64,000 nt of DNA from Malacoraja senta (Eukaryota). Under the pieces are notes generated by a model. The model did not search any database. It had not been told where the DNA came from and saw only the letters and a program-made list of their open reading frames with translations. Made by a program: the position numbers and the translations under genes. Position 1 is the stretch's first letter, and each line of letters opens with the position of its first letter. Of this stretch, positions 23,881-35,586 are shown in pieces. Location of the stretch: the NCBI GenBank assembly GCA_038087875.1, contig JAXLNO010000630.1, positions 62,001-126,000 of the forward strand, written 5' to 3'.

Positions 23881-24370
23881 CCCTTATTAATACATGGGCT
23901 AAATTACCTATTACTTATATTCCTATGGAATATATGTATGTAATCTATTTCTATGTTAACCAGAAACTGTTAGTTATTAATCATTGTTATTAATCATACA
24001 CGGTAAAAATATTTATGAATAATATAGATTTAGTAATTTTAATAGTAATATTGATATTTAATAAGTATTAGTAGTTACATGTATGGTTAAATATGAAAAT
24101 ACTAAATAATAATAGTGATTAGTAACAATTGATCGTAACTGTGATATTATTGTTCTTAGAGTTTATACTAAACGCAAAGAATGAATAAAAAAAATTAGAG
24201 ATATTAGGAGAATTTTTTTTTTTAAACAGAGAATCAAAAAAAAACAGGTTTTCTCCAATGTCCATTTCAATTTTCAAACGTCCTTAAAGCTCTTAAAAGT
24301 ACTTTAAAGATCCTTTTAGACCTGGCGAAGTCCCGTTATTCCTTGACTCCTGAGGAGTGATGTATATTGT

Positions 24371-25399
24371 TCAGTCTGCGGTCACATTCCCGATGCCTTT
24401 GGCGAATTCCAGTGCTTTTTCATGGTCTGTAAAAAATTGCTCCTTGCTCATGTAGGTGACTCTTAATGTTGCGGGATAAAGCAAGCCGTATCTCAAATCC
24501 GCTATATTCTTCAGTATTCTTTTTGTCTCAGTAAACAGCGCTCTTTTCTTGAAGACCTCCACCGGATAGTCTCTGTAGATACTGATCCTCACTCCTTCAA
24601 AAGAGAGGTCTCTGGTACGGGCAATTTTCTTCATTATATCGTCAAATTCATGATCAAGTTGCACCTTTACTATAATTTGTCTTGGGTAGGCATCATCTCG
24701 TGTACGACGCCCTTGCGCTCTATGTGCCCGACCAAGTAAAGGTTTTTGATCCAACTTTAAGGCTTTTTGTAGTAGATCTGCCACAAAATCCCGAGTGCCC
24801 ATATCCCTCTCACTTCCTTTTTTCACACCTACAATTCTTAAGTTCTGGCGTCTTTGACGCCCCTCCAGGTCGATACACTTTCCACTTAATTTAGTCACCA
24901 TTTCGGAGAGGCGTTGATTTTCGGTAAGGAGTCGATTTAAAGTTTCTGCGCTTGTCGCCACACATTTCTCAAGTTCAGTTATCGCTATAATATGTTGCTT
25001 CAGTGTCTGATGGATAGGGTCAATCTCTCCCTTAAGGCTCGATTCCACCAAAGCGATCCTGCCTTCCACCTCTTCCATCTGATCATTGACCTCGTCGTCC
25101 CTCGACCTCTTCCAGACTTCCAATATATCCTGAACGGTAGAGAGCATTTCTGCTTTAAAATCTACCTTAAAAGAGTTAAGTTCCTCTTTAAAATTCAGCT
25201 TTCCTTCAAAGGTTTTCAGCTGTGTTTGAATATTTTTTATCTCATCGGAGATAAAGTTTTTAAGTTCTTCCATTTCAGATTTTCTTGGCTTTGGTTTCTT
25301 CGACGGGTCTTCCTGGAGCATCATTGTACCTGAGGCCGAGGCCTCGGTTGGGCCTACCTCTTCCGTCGGTTGTCTCGCTTTACTGGCTTTTTTTGCCAC
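24371..25399 (-). CDS. L1 ORF1 protein (coiled coil + RRM + CTD; Transposase_22 type), open frame of 342 codons beginning at GTG
   Basis: DLEGRQRRQNLRIVGV, RAHRA, PRQIIVK, ISIYRDY and YGLLYPATLRVT motifs. Confidence 0.9.
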   Translation of the reverse strand: MAKKASKARQPTEEVGPTEASASGTMMLQEDPSKKPKPRKSEMEELKNFISDEIKNIQTQLKTFEGKLNFKEELNSFKVDFKAEMLSTVQDILEVWKRSRDDEVNDQMEEVEGRIALVESSLKGEIDPIHQTLKQHIIAITELEKCVATSAETLNRLLTENQRLSEMVTKLSGKCIDLEGRQRRQNLRIVGVKKGSERDMGTRDFVADLLQKALKLDQKPLLGRAHRAQGRRTRDDAYPRQIIVKVQLDHEFDDIMKKIARTRDLSFEGVRISIYRDYPVEVFKKRALFTETKRILKNIADLRYGLLYPATLRVTYMSKEQFFTDHEKALEFAKGIGNVTAD

Positions 25400-25473
25400 C
25401 CTGGGGGGGGGTATGTTTTATCGACATACCGGTAAAGTCGCACGCCTGATGACGTCACTCGCAGCAGGCATTT

Positions 25474-28400
25474 TCTTTATTTTTAAACTGTACCTGGTTC
25501 CTTGTCAGCCACGGTCGCCCTTTACTCTCCTTGGAATATTTCTTTGTCTTTGGAATGAACTGATCCTGCACCTTCTGTATTATTCCCAGAATACCTACCA
25601 ATGTTGTTCCACTGTCATCCCTGCTATGGTATCTTTCCAGTCAACTTTGGCCAGCTCCTCCCTCATGGCTCCATAGTGCCCTTTATTCAACTGTAACACT
25701 GACACCTCCAATTTACCCTTCTCCCTCTCCAATTGTAGATTAAACTTGACAATATTATGGTCACTACCTCCTAATGGCTCCTTAACCTCAAGCTGCTTTA
25801 TCAAATCCGGTTCTTTACATAACACTAAATCCAGAATTGCCTTCTCCTTGGTAGGCTCCAATACAAGCTGCTCTAAGAATCCATCACGGAGACACTCCAC
25901 AAAGTCCCTCTCTTGGGATCCAGTACCAACCTGATTTTCCAAGCCTACCTGCATGTTGAAATCTCCCATATCACTATTACCTTAATTACATGCCAATTTT
26001 AACTCCAGAATCGACTTGCACCGTATATTCAGGCTACTGTTTGGGGGACTGTTGATAAGTCCCATTAGGTATTTTTACCCTTACAATTCCTTAGTTCTAT
26101 CCATACTGACTCCACATCTCCTGTTTCAATGTCACCCCTTGCAAGGGACTGAATTTCATTCCTCACCAACAGAGCTACCCCACCACCTCTGCCCACCTTG
26201 TCTGTCTTTTCGATAGGAGGTATCCCCTTGAATATTCAGTTCCCATCCCTGGCCTTTTTGCTGCACTGTCTCTGTAATTCCCACAAAAAAGCCGTGCGCG
26301 TGAGATTAGATTTAGTTTTAGACATGCAGAGTGTAAACAGCCCCTTCAGCGTACCGAGTCTGCAAAGGATATTTAAAATAAAAGGGCTGTTTAAAGTTCG
26401 CAAGCTGAATCTTTTTTTTTTTAAAATCGAATTTGAAGGAAAAGTGAAGAATTATGATGAAAATGTTCCCAAGAGCTGGCATCATTCCGGGGAGTACTTG
26501 GTAATTTTGATAACCAATTCCACAGAGATTTTTGTGTCTCCAATTCATGCTTCAAAGATGCAAAAAGTTGTGTTTACAAGTGAAACTTTGACAAAGTCGA
26601 ACCCTATTTTAAAAGAATTTTAAATTAAAAGGAGTCTGCAGATGCTGTAAACGAGTTCATGTGGAAGAATAAGCAACGGTTGAACAAGCCAATTTATTTC
26701 ATTTGAAGTGAAGATGCAATTTGTCTAATTTCAACTAGTTTGCCTGACCCATGGTTATTTGCCGAGCCACAAAGATATTCTTGTTCTCACCCCAACAACC
26801 AAAAAAGCATGATTCGACCAAAACTGAATAGATTATTCTGCAGAGGCATTATTTAAGACTCGGCTGTACGCTGTTCTGTATCCAACATTCCAAAAGCACT
26901 CCCATAATTAACCCGTTTAAGAAGGAACTGCTGATGCTGGGAAAATCGAAGGCAGACAAAAATGCTGGAGAAACTCAGTGGCTGAGGCAGCTTGCATCTA
27001 GACGATGCCTCACCTGCTGAGTTACTCCAGCATTTTTGTTTACCATAATTAACTCACTCCCTTCACCCAGGAGATGGGTATATGGAACAAGCTGCCAGAC
27101 GAAGTAGTGGAGGCTGGTGCAATGGTATTTAGAAGACATTTGGACAGGACTATTTGGACTAATTGTCTGTTTCTCTAATATATACTGAACTTTTTTTGCT
27201 GTTTAGTAAGGGTTTTACAGTGCAATATGTTTACACTACTGTTGTGCTGCTACGTAACCCGCTCCATGACACACTGAGGAGCACCTTCAGCAACAGACTA
27301 TTTCCACCAAGATGCAGCATAGAATGCCACAGCAGATCCTGTTTCCTCGTGGCTATCAAACTGTACAACTCCATCCACTTCTATCATGGGGTAGTCTCCC
27401 CCCTCCCCCTCCCCAATCTTTGCACATCCCCAATCCTTTCCACTCGTCACTTTAATTTCCTGTTTCATGTTTAGTTTATTTTAGTTTAGTTTAGAGATAC
27501 AGCACGGAAATAGGCTCTTTGGCTCACCGGGCCCGTGCCAACCAGCGATCCACGCACATTAACACTAACCAGCGATCATCCCCGTACACTAGCACTACTC
27601 CACACACTAGGGACAATTATAATGTTACCAAAGCCAATTAACCTACAAACCTCCACGTCTTTGGAGTGTTGTAGGATATCGAAGATCTTGGAGAAAGTCC
27701 ACGCAGGTCACGGGGAGAACGTACAAACTCCGTAGACACAGTACCCGTAATCGGGATCGAACCTGGGTCTCCGGCGTTGCATTTGCGGTAAGGTAGAAAT
27801 TCTACCGCTGCGCCACCATGACCGCCTTTACCTTGTGTTTTATGACTGTTTGCAGATCAATTTCTGTCCTGGGATAGATAAAGTTCTATCGTATCATAAG
27901 AAAGTATTTAATTGTTAATTTTGGGACATATGACAATAAAGCACTCTTGACAGATACATGGATTGGATAGGTATGGAGAGATATGGAGCATATTCAGCCA
28001 GATGGGACTAGTGTAGATGGAGCATCTTGGTCAATGTGGGCAAGACAAAATGTGCAGGAACAGCAGATGCTGGTTTACACTGAAGAAAGACACAAAATGC
28101 TGGAGAAACTCAGCGGGACAGGCAGATTACAACTCAGCGATATGAATATTAATTTCTCCAACTTCAAATAACCCTTGCCTTCCCTCTCTCTCCATCCCTC
28201 TCCCACCCTAGTTCAACTAGCTTCACTGTCCTGTGAAATGTCACCTATCCATGTTCTCCAGAGATGCTGCCTGACCCGCTGAGTAAGTGCAGCACTCTGT
28301 GAAACGTCACCTATCCATGTTCTCCAGAGATGCTCCCTGACATTTGCCGTTTCACATTGGGACCCTTTTGGTTTGAGTGGGCCAGTGGAGTAGAGAAGCC

Positions 28401-31400
28401 AAGACAGTTGTTGCACCACCAGTGGATATAAAAGGTCCAGAGAGGGTAGAAGGCTGGGTAGGGGGTAAGGCAGGGCGGGGGGGGGGGGGGGAGGAGAGGT
28501 GAGGGGAATGTTTGAGACTGGAGACAGGATTGTGACTGGATGGATAGGATTCTCTCCCATAAAGAAAAGCTCAGAGGTGGCAGAAGAGCTCTACGTCCCA
28601 ATGTTCCCGATGTCGGGGGAGTCCAAAACCAGGGGTCACAGTTTAAAAATAAGACCCGCTGAGTCACTCCACCGTTTATATTGGTCTATTAACAGATTCA
28701 GATCTACCTTAGATCTCCTCTTGTAAGTCTTCTTGGCGCTCTCCTTTTTCACCGGCATTCTCGAAACTCCTTGCTTGGGTTATTGATCCACACCATGAAG
28801 GTTAGAGTTTCGACCTCTAGTAGCTGCCAGCTGTTTCAATGCCTGGCAGAATGGGTATGGTGTACCCACTTCAAGTTGACAGATGAAATGGAGCCAGTTT
28901 GCCAAGTTGACAGATGAAATGGAGCCCGTCTCTCATGGTTACGGATGCAGTTCACTGTGAGGTCACCGGCCAGGCACATTATGAGGTCACCTCTGATTAT
29001 GATGGTTTACAAACTTGCGATCTTACGAATGGAAGGCAGGCCCAGAAGGGAATAAACCACTTCACCATATGACCGTCACAGTGGTTATAACCAACTGGAC
29101 TCAAATGTTAGAGACAAGGAACTCAGTTCAGTTGAGTTTATTGTCACGTGTACAGAGAAAAGCTTTTTGTCACGTGTTAAAAACAGTCAGCAGAAAGACA
29201 ATACATGATTACATATGAGCGATTTACATTGTATAAATACATGGTAAGGGAATAACGTTTAGTGCAAGATAAAGCCAGCAGAGTCTGATCAAGGATAGTC
29301 CGAGGGTCACCAATGACGTAGATAGTAGTTCAGCACTCATCTCTGGTTGTGGTAGGATGAATCAGTTGCCTGATAACAGCTGGAAAGAAACTGTCCCTGA
29401 ATCTGGAGGTGTGCGTTTTCACACTTCTGTACCTTTACTAATTTGAGGAAGGACATTCTTCCTGCTCAGGGAGTGCAGCGTAGGTTAACCAGGTTAATTC
29501 CTGGGATGGCGCGACTGACATATGATGAAAGAACGGGTCGTCTGGGATTGTATTTGCTGGAATTGAGAAGCATGAGAGGGGATCTTATAGAAACATATAC
29601 AATTCTTAAAGGAGTGAAGGCTAGATGCAGGAACAATGTTCCCGATGTTGGGGGAGTCCAGAACCAGGGGTCACAGTTTAAGAATAACGGGTTAGGTCAT
29701 TTAGGACTCAGAAGAGGGAAAACGTTTTCACGCAGAAAATCTGTGGAATTCTCTGCCACAGAAGGCAGTGGAGGCCAGTTCACTGGATCTTTGCAAGAGA
29801 GAGTTGGATGTGGCTCTTAGGGCTAACAGAATCAAGGAATATGGGGAGATAGCAGGAATGGTGTATTGATTTTGGATGATCTGCCATGATCATATTGAAA
29901 GGCGGTGCTGGCTCGAAGGGCCGAATGGCCTACCCCTGCACCTATTTTCTATGTTTCTACATCATGGTGAGTCCAGCACTCGTTGATGTCTGGTCCTGAA
30001 GAAGGGTCCCGCTGAGTTACTTCAGCACTCTGTTTCTTCATGGTCTGGCTGGTGTCTTGCTTATATGAAAGAGCTACATTGCCAATGCACACAAGCTCCA
30101 ACTTTGCTGTCAACATGAAACTGTTGACAGTTCAAGAAATGAAATACGTTGATGAAGCCCGAGTGATGGACAAGATAATGCTTCACAGGAGAAAGTTAAA
30201 TCTGCATTGAATTAAACCCCACTTGTAGAAATTAAACTAAAGGAAGATGTTTCCAAAAGTTATGAGCTTGATTCTATTACTCCAGAAGTGAAGGGCAGGT
30301 GGGGGAGAGTCTAAGGCAATTACACCCCTTCATATGATCAACACAGGGGATAAGGGGTTGGCTTAATCTACTTAGATCTGTCAAGAAATAAAAGGCAAAC
30401 AATATTAAATCTCAAGTGTTTTTGTTTTGAGATACAGTGCGGCAACAGGCCCTTTGGCCCATCGAGTCCACGCCGACAAGCATTCACCTGTACACCCGCA
30501 CTATCCTACACACTGGGGACTTTTTACCAAAGCCAATTAACCTACAAACCTGCACGTCATTACGACTGACGTATTGCGCAACCACTGACTGTTGGGCGCG
30601 TCGCTCCTTCCAGCGGTAAGTTTAAAACGCTCAGGTAAGTGCTTATACTTTATCGGAGGTCGTTGCTCCCGGTTCGTTTACTGTTTGTTCACAGAATACT
30701 CGAACTTTGCGGAGAATATGTCTAAGGTGAAGAGGCGGGCCGCAGCGAAGCCGGCTGCTGAAGTCCGCGGGCCTCAGGGTAGCGGGCGGCCGCCAATTTC
30801 GCCTTCAGGGTCGCTAGCAGAGGAGCCAGCGGCTACAGACTTGGTGCCGACAGTAAGCACCTTGGCTACCCCGCAGGGGAGAAAAGCCACCAGGAAGTCT
30901 GTCAGGGCCCTGGACTCGGATGAGTCGGGCCAGGAGGATTCTCCTCCTTCTATGTGCAGTGTTTTTGGGAGACTGACCCACATGGAGCACCTAATGGAGA
31001 GGTTGCTCCAAAGCGATATGCTCCAAAGAAGGGAGCTATCTGAGCCAGGGTATTATGGTTAACCCACATGAGCGGCACCTGTCTCAGGGCTGCATAATGT
31101 CTCCCTCTCTGAGGAGGGGAGCGTAAGAGGCCAGTTTTACACTCTCAGATTACAGAGGCACAGCTGGGGAGCATGCTTCAAAGCATGAGGGGCAATCCTC
31201 GGGAGTACCTCCCATGGCATCCAAATTTGCCATATCTTCCCAATCAGGGGTACCACTGGGAGAGGATTTAGACTTGAGCATTAATTATCTGGCCTCTCAC
31301 CAGCTCCAAGATCAGGCCATGGAGGAAACCACTACCAAATATCATACCCCAGTAAACTGTGCCTCATTGAATGTCCCGGCAGTGAATCACTCCATCTGGG

Positions 31401-31547
31401 GACACATTGGAGGGGGCGTCAGAGCCCAGGAGGTAAAACTACAAAAAAATTAAGATTACTTGCCTCAGGCATCACGGCCTTTGCCAGGTCGGTGGATGGG
31501 GGGGTGGGGGCTCTCTGCTGTTCAACAGGATGCCATGGCATTAATGT
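25474..31547 (+). repeat. Segmental duplication copy 2 (6074 bp)
   Basis: Matches 18695-23052 plus three segments absent there (27499-27784, 29437-29727, 30020-31164). Confidence 0.95.
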
Positions 31548-31887
31548 GCAATGCACATTTTGAAATTAATTGTCTCCGAAAGAATGCCATCCGTCCTGCT
31601 CTGAACCCAAAATTTGCAGCATTGTGCAAGGCCGGGAACATCCAACCACCTAATCTCCTGTTCGGGGAAGATCTGCCTAAGCAGCTCAGGTAGCTGGATG
31701 ATGAGGCTAAAACTGTCGGCTTTATGAAGGCCCCAACACCTTCCAAGACTTCATCCTTCCGGCGGCAGTACCCCTATCCTTCTCTCTACACCAGACGGTT
31801 CGCCGGATATGGTGGGCATCACGTACAACAGGCACAGAGGCTTTTTTTAGGGAAGGGCCCAGGCCGGGCCATGTTCAGGATGCGCTG

Positions 31888-33879
31888 ATGGCGCCCTCCA
31901 ACAGCCCTACCCCCCAGACCTCGGAGGCAGAAGCAAACACCATACTGCCGATAACCACTGATGTAAGTGAGTCTGGTTGTTTGCGTAACACAGTTTCGAT
32001 GGATCTGTTAGAAGTTGGGGGGAGATTACAATTTTTCTTATATGAATGGCGTTGGATAATATATGACCCGTTTATACTGCGCAGTATACAAGGTTTCCAA
32101 ATTGAGTTCCTTTTCAATTCGCCTCCACCCACACAGCATACACCGAGCCGCACTTTTGTTCCTTCACAACAGGAGTGTGCGAATGCACAAGCTGAAATAG
32201 AATCTTTACTCAAGAAAGGGGTAATTGAGAAGTCGAATCATGAGTCTCACCAATTTGTGTCCAATATATTTACTAGGCAAGAGAAGGATGGAGGATGCCG
32301 AATCATCCTTGATTTGACTGAGCTTAACACCTTTGTGCAGTTTAAACACTTCAAAATTGAAAACGTTGTTACTGCCAGACAACTGGTTTCCAAGGGGTGT
32401 TACATGGCATGCATGGACCTCAAAGATGCTTACTATTCGGTGGCCATTCATGTAGACCACGTGAGATATTTGAAGTTTAGCAGGGTGGGGCAATTGTGGC
32501 AGTTTAAAGCATTGCCTAATGGGTTAACCTCAGCCCCAGACTATTCACAAAATTGCTAAAAACCAGTCCTGGGGCTACTCAGGGCACAGAATCATATAGT
32601 CATGGCATACTTGGATGACATCTTAATCATTGGGAAGACTATGGAATTAGCTGCATTATCTGTGTCAGCTACCAAACTCATGTTTGAGAGACTGGGGTTC
32701 CTAATCCATCCAGTTAAGTCCAAATTGGTATCATCTAGTGTAATTATTTGGGATTCACCATTAACTCAATTCACATGTCAGTGACTCTGCCTTGGGGCAA
32801 TCAATTAGAATTAATTGAAGCCTGCAGCACCCTCATTGTTAAGAACCAACCTTCTATTAGACATGTGGCTAGTATAATTGGCAAGTTAGTAGCTGCTTTC
32901 CCAGCTGCTCAGTTCGGGCCTTTGCACTCAAAACTTACATCGTGCAAAGGAGCAGGAACTCAAACTTCATAGAGGTCACTTCGACAGACCCATGCAGTTG
33001 CCAGCTGAAGCCATTGCTGAGTTATAATGGTGGGTGACCAATATTCGGTATTGCTCTAGTACTATTTTAGTTGATACACCATCAGTTATCCTGCAAACTG
33101 ATGCCAGTGCTCTAGGTTGGGGTGCTACCAACACCGTCTCAAGCTGCAGTGGCAGATGGAATCTGAAGGAATCATTGATGCTTCAGTCACATGATATTAA
33201 CTACTTAGAGTTGTTGGGAGCACTCTATGGGTTAAAGGGTTATTGTAGCAATATGCATCATGTGCATGTTCAACTGCAGGATGACAACACTACAGCAGTG
33301 GCATACATTAATCACATGGGTGGAAGTAAGTCTGTATCCTGTGATAAATTGTCTAACCTCATTTGGCACTGGTGTATTATGAGAAACATCTCGGTTTCAT
33401 CTATCTACTTACCAGGTAGATATAACATGGTGGCGGACAACAGGTCATGGAATTTCAATGACAACAAAGAATGGATGTTGAATCATGAAGTGTTTAACGA
33501 CATTGTCGTTCGGTATGGTGTACCTGACATTGATCTGTTTGCATCCAGACTAAATCATCAGTTACCAAATTACGTTTCATGGGAACCAGACTCAGTAGCA
33601 GTAGATGCATTCTCGCTACACTGGGGTGGAAAGTTCTTGTATGTGTTTCCCCCAATTTGCCTCATCAGTCGATGCTTGGCCAAGATCAAGCAAGACTCCG
33701 CCTCTGGCATATTTGTAGTACCAGACTGGCCTAGTCAGCATTGGTTCCCACTCATCCTAGCTATGATTGCACAGCCTTTTATGGCTGTCCCCAAAAGCAG
33801 AAAGCTGCTGGTACATCCTGTGACAGGGGAAAGCCATCCTCTTCATGACCGAATACATTTATTGGTTTGCAGATTCTGA
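31888..33879 (+). pseudogene. DIRS pol: RT-RNaseH-adenine methyltransferase-like domain, frameshifted
   Basis: ORFs 31888-32559, 32602-32784, 32748-32972 and 33034-33879; MT motifs IDLFAS, DAFSLHW and YVFPP. Confidence 0.93.
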
Positions 33880-34863
33880 GGAGACCATTCCTGGGGCTCG
33901 GACTTTCAGATCGTACGGTAGCTGTTATCACTGCGGCTTGGAGGTAGAGCACCCAGAAACAGTACATCTCTCATATAAGGAAATGGGAGATGTACTGCTC
34001 TCTCTCGAATATTTTGTACGACACGGCTTCCATTACGGATGTTTTGGAGTTCCTTTCTACACTATTCTACGATCATAAACTCAGTTATAGTGCCATAAAT
34101 AGTGCTAGGAGCGCTTTGTCATCTTACTTATGGCTGGGGTCAGGGAACCACACTGTCGGATCTCACCCCTTAATAACCAGATTTATGAATGGCATTTTTA
34201 ACTCTACTCCCCCTAGGCCCAGATATTCACAGATATGGGATGTGAGCGTGGTCCTCACGCTGCTCCATCAGTGGGCACCAGCTTCGTCTGTCTCTCCCTA
34301 ATCTCACACTTAAGGTAGTCATGCTCATGGCGCTGGTCTCAGCGCAACGGGTCCAGACGTTAAATAAACTTAGACTGGACAGCATGGTTACATCTTTTGA
34401 CAACATCACCTTTTTTGTTCATGATCTATTAAAGCAGAGCAGACCAGGGATGTCGGGGCTCAAATTAAGTTTTATGGCTTACCCCTTAGACCAACGTTTG
34501 TGTGTGGTATCTCACATACTACAATACATTAAGGTCACTAAGAGCCTCAGAGGCTCGGAATTATCCTTATTCATCAGCTACACCAAACCTCATAGGAAGG
34601 TTACAGTGCAAACCATTTCAAGATGGATAAAACAGGTGCTGGCATGTGCAGGAGTGGACACTGACACTTTTAAACCTCATTCTACCAGGGCTGCATCTAC
34701 GTCAGCAGCAAGGGATATGGACGTCCCTCTCGACCACATTCTAGCGGCGGCGGGATGGTCTAATGAACTGACGTACCAAAGGTTTTATAACAAACCTATT
34801 GCCAGACCGGGGACTTTTGCTAATTCTGTTTTAGGTTCAGTTTTACAGTTTCCCCCTGGGTGA
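33873..34863 (+). pseudogene. DIRS tyrosine recombinase (N-terminal SAM-like part disrupted; catalytic ORF 34321-34863 open)
   Basis: Catalytic R (AQRVQ), K (LKQSR), HSTR, AGWS and RFY; N-terminal SYSAINSARSALS and HPLITRFMNG. Confidence 0.93.
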
Positions 34864-35019
34864 GAGGGGTCACTTTTATTTTCTTTGATTATTAAAGCAT
34901 CAGTATTTTTATCTATGTCATGTTTGAATGCATTAATTATTTCTCACTCATCCTGGTCAACTGATGCAGTGTGTGACGCATGGACTCGTTTCCACGGCAT
35001 GAAATCACAGCTTCAAAAT

Positions 35020-35355
35020 CTTCATGTAGTCACTCACGTGACTCCGAAGTAAAATAGTAAGATTAAACGAGAACTTACCAGTTTGAAGTTTGATCTTTAT
35101 TTTATGAGGAGTTACGATGAACGATTACGTGCCCTCCGCTCCCAACCCTCGTAACATAAAGATCTTCTCGAAGTTCTGGTCAGCTCTAATCTTACTATTT
35201 TAGTTCAACAATTGTTACCTGTGATTTCACACCGCTGCTTTGAAGATTGACGCGCATGCGGCTTGACGGCCTTCTTCACGTAATCGCTCATCGTAATTCC
35301 TCATAAAATAAAGATCAAACTTCAAACTGGTAAGTTCTCGTTTAATCTTACTATT
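35020..35355 (+). repeat. DIRS internal complementary region (ICR) and right terminal repeat
   Basis: 35053-35131 is the inverted complement of 35277-35355; 35020-35054 is complementary to the left terminus seen in copies B and C. Confidence 0.92.
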
Positions 35356-35586
35356 CTGAACTAGGAATAATCCTGTATTATTCACTAATGGCTGCATGCT
35401 ACACTTGGGAGTTTTGTCTTCTTAATAACATCTGTCACTTACACAGAAACTTTGAGTGTAACTACTTGGAGATTTTCACTGAACCTTGGCTTACAGCACA
35501 AGACCCTTGTCTTGAGCATAACTCTTGGATTTAAGCAAGCACATCACACAATTTCCTCTGCAACCACAGGAGATGGAACACCTGTC

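Larger units (their letters stand above)
23053..25470 (-). mobile_element. 5' portion of an L1 LINE: short 5' UTR, ORF1, ~1.1-kb AT-rich spacer and first ~58 codons of the ORF2 endonuclease
   Basis: ORF2 start at 23225: MQNGNMTRGGEGITFCSWNVKGINEPIKRGKVLTHL...IIFLQETHL. The 5' flank on the element strand is TT/AAAAATAAAG, a typical L1 endonuclease site. Confidence 0.93.
30555..35355 (+). mobile_element. DIRS1-type retrotransposon (copy A), nearly complete; outer left terminus deleted
   Basis: gag from ATG 30718; RT (MDLKDAYY, LPNGLTSAP, YLDDIL); RNase H (TDASALGWG, INYLEL, DNTTAVAYIN); MT; YR; ICR and right terminus ending in ...ACTATT. Confidence 0.97.

Noticed and set aside
33873..34863. 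Phage integrase/methylase indicating prophage or contamination
   Set aside because: The YR and MT are integral DIRS domains bounded by DIRS termini within vertebrate repeats.
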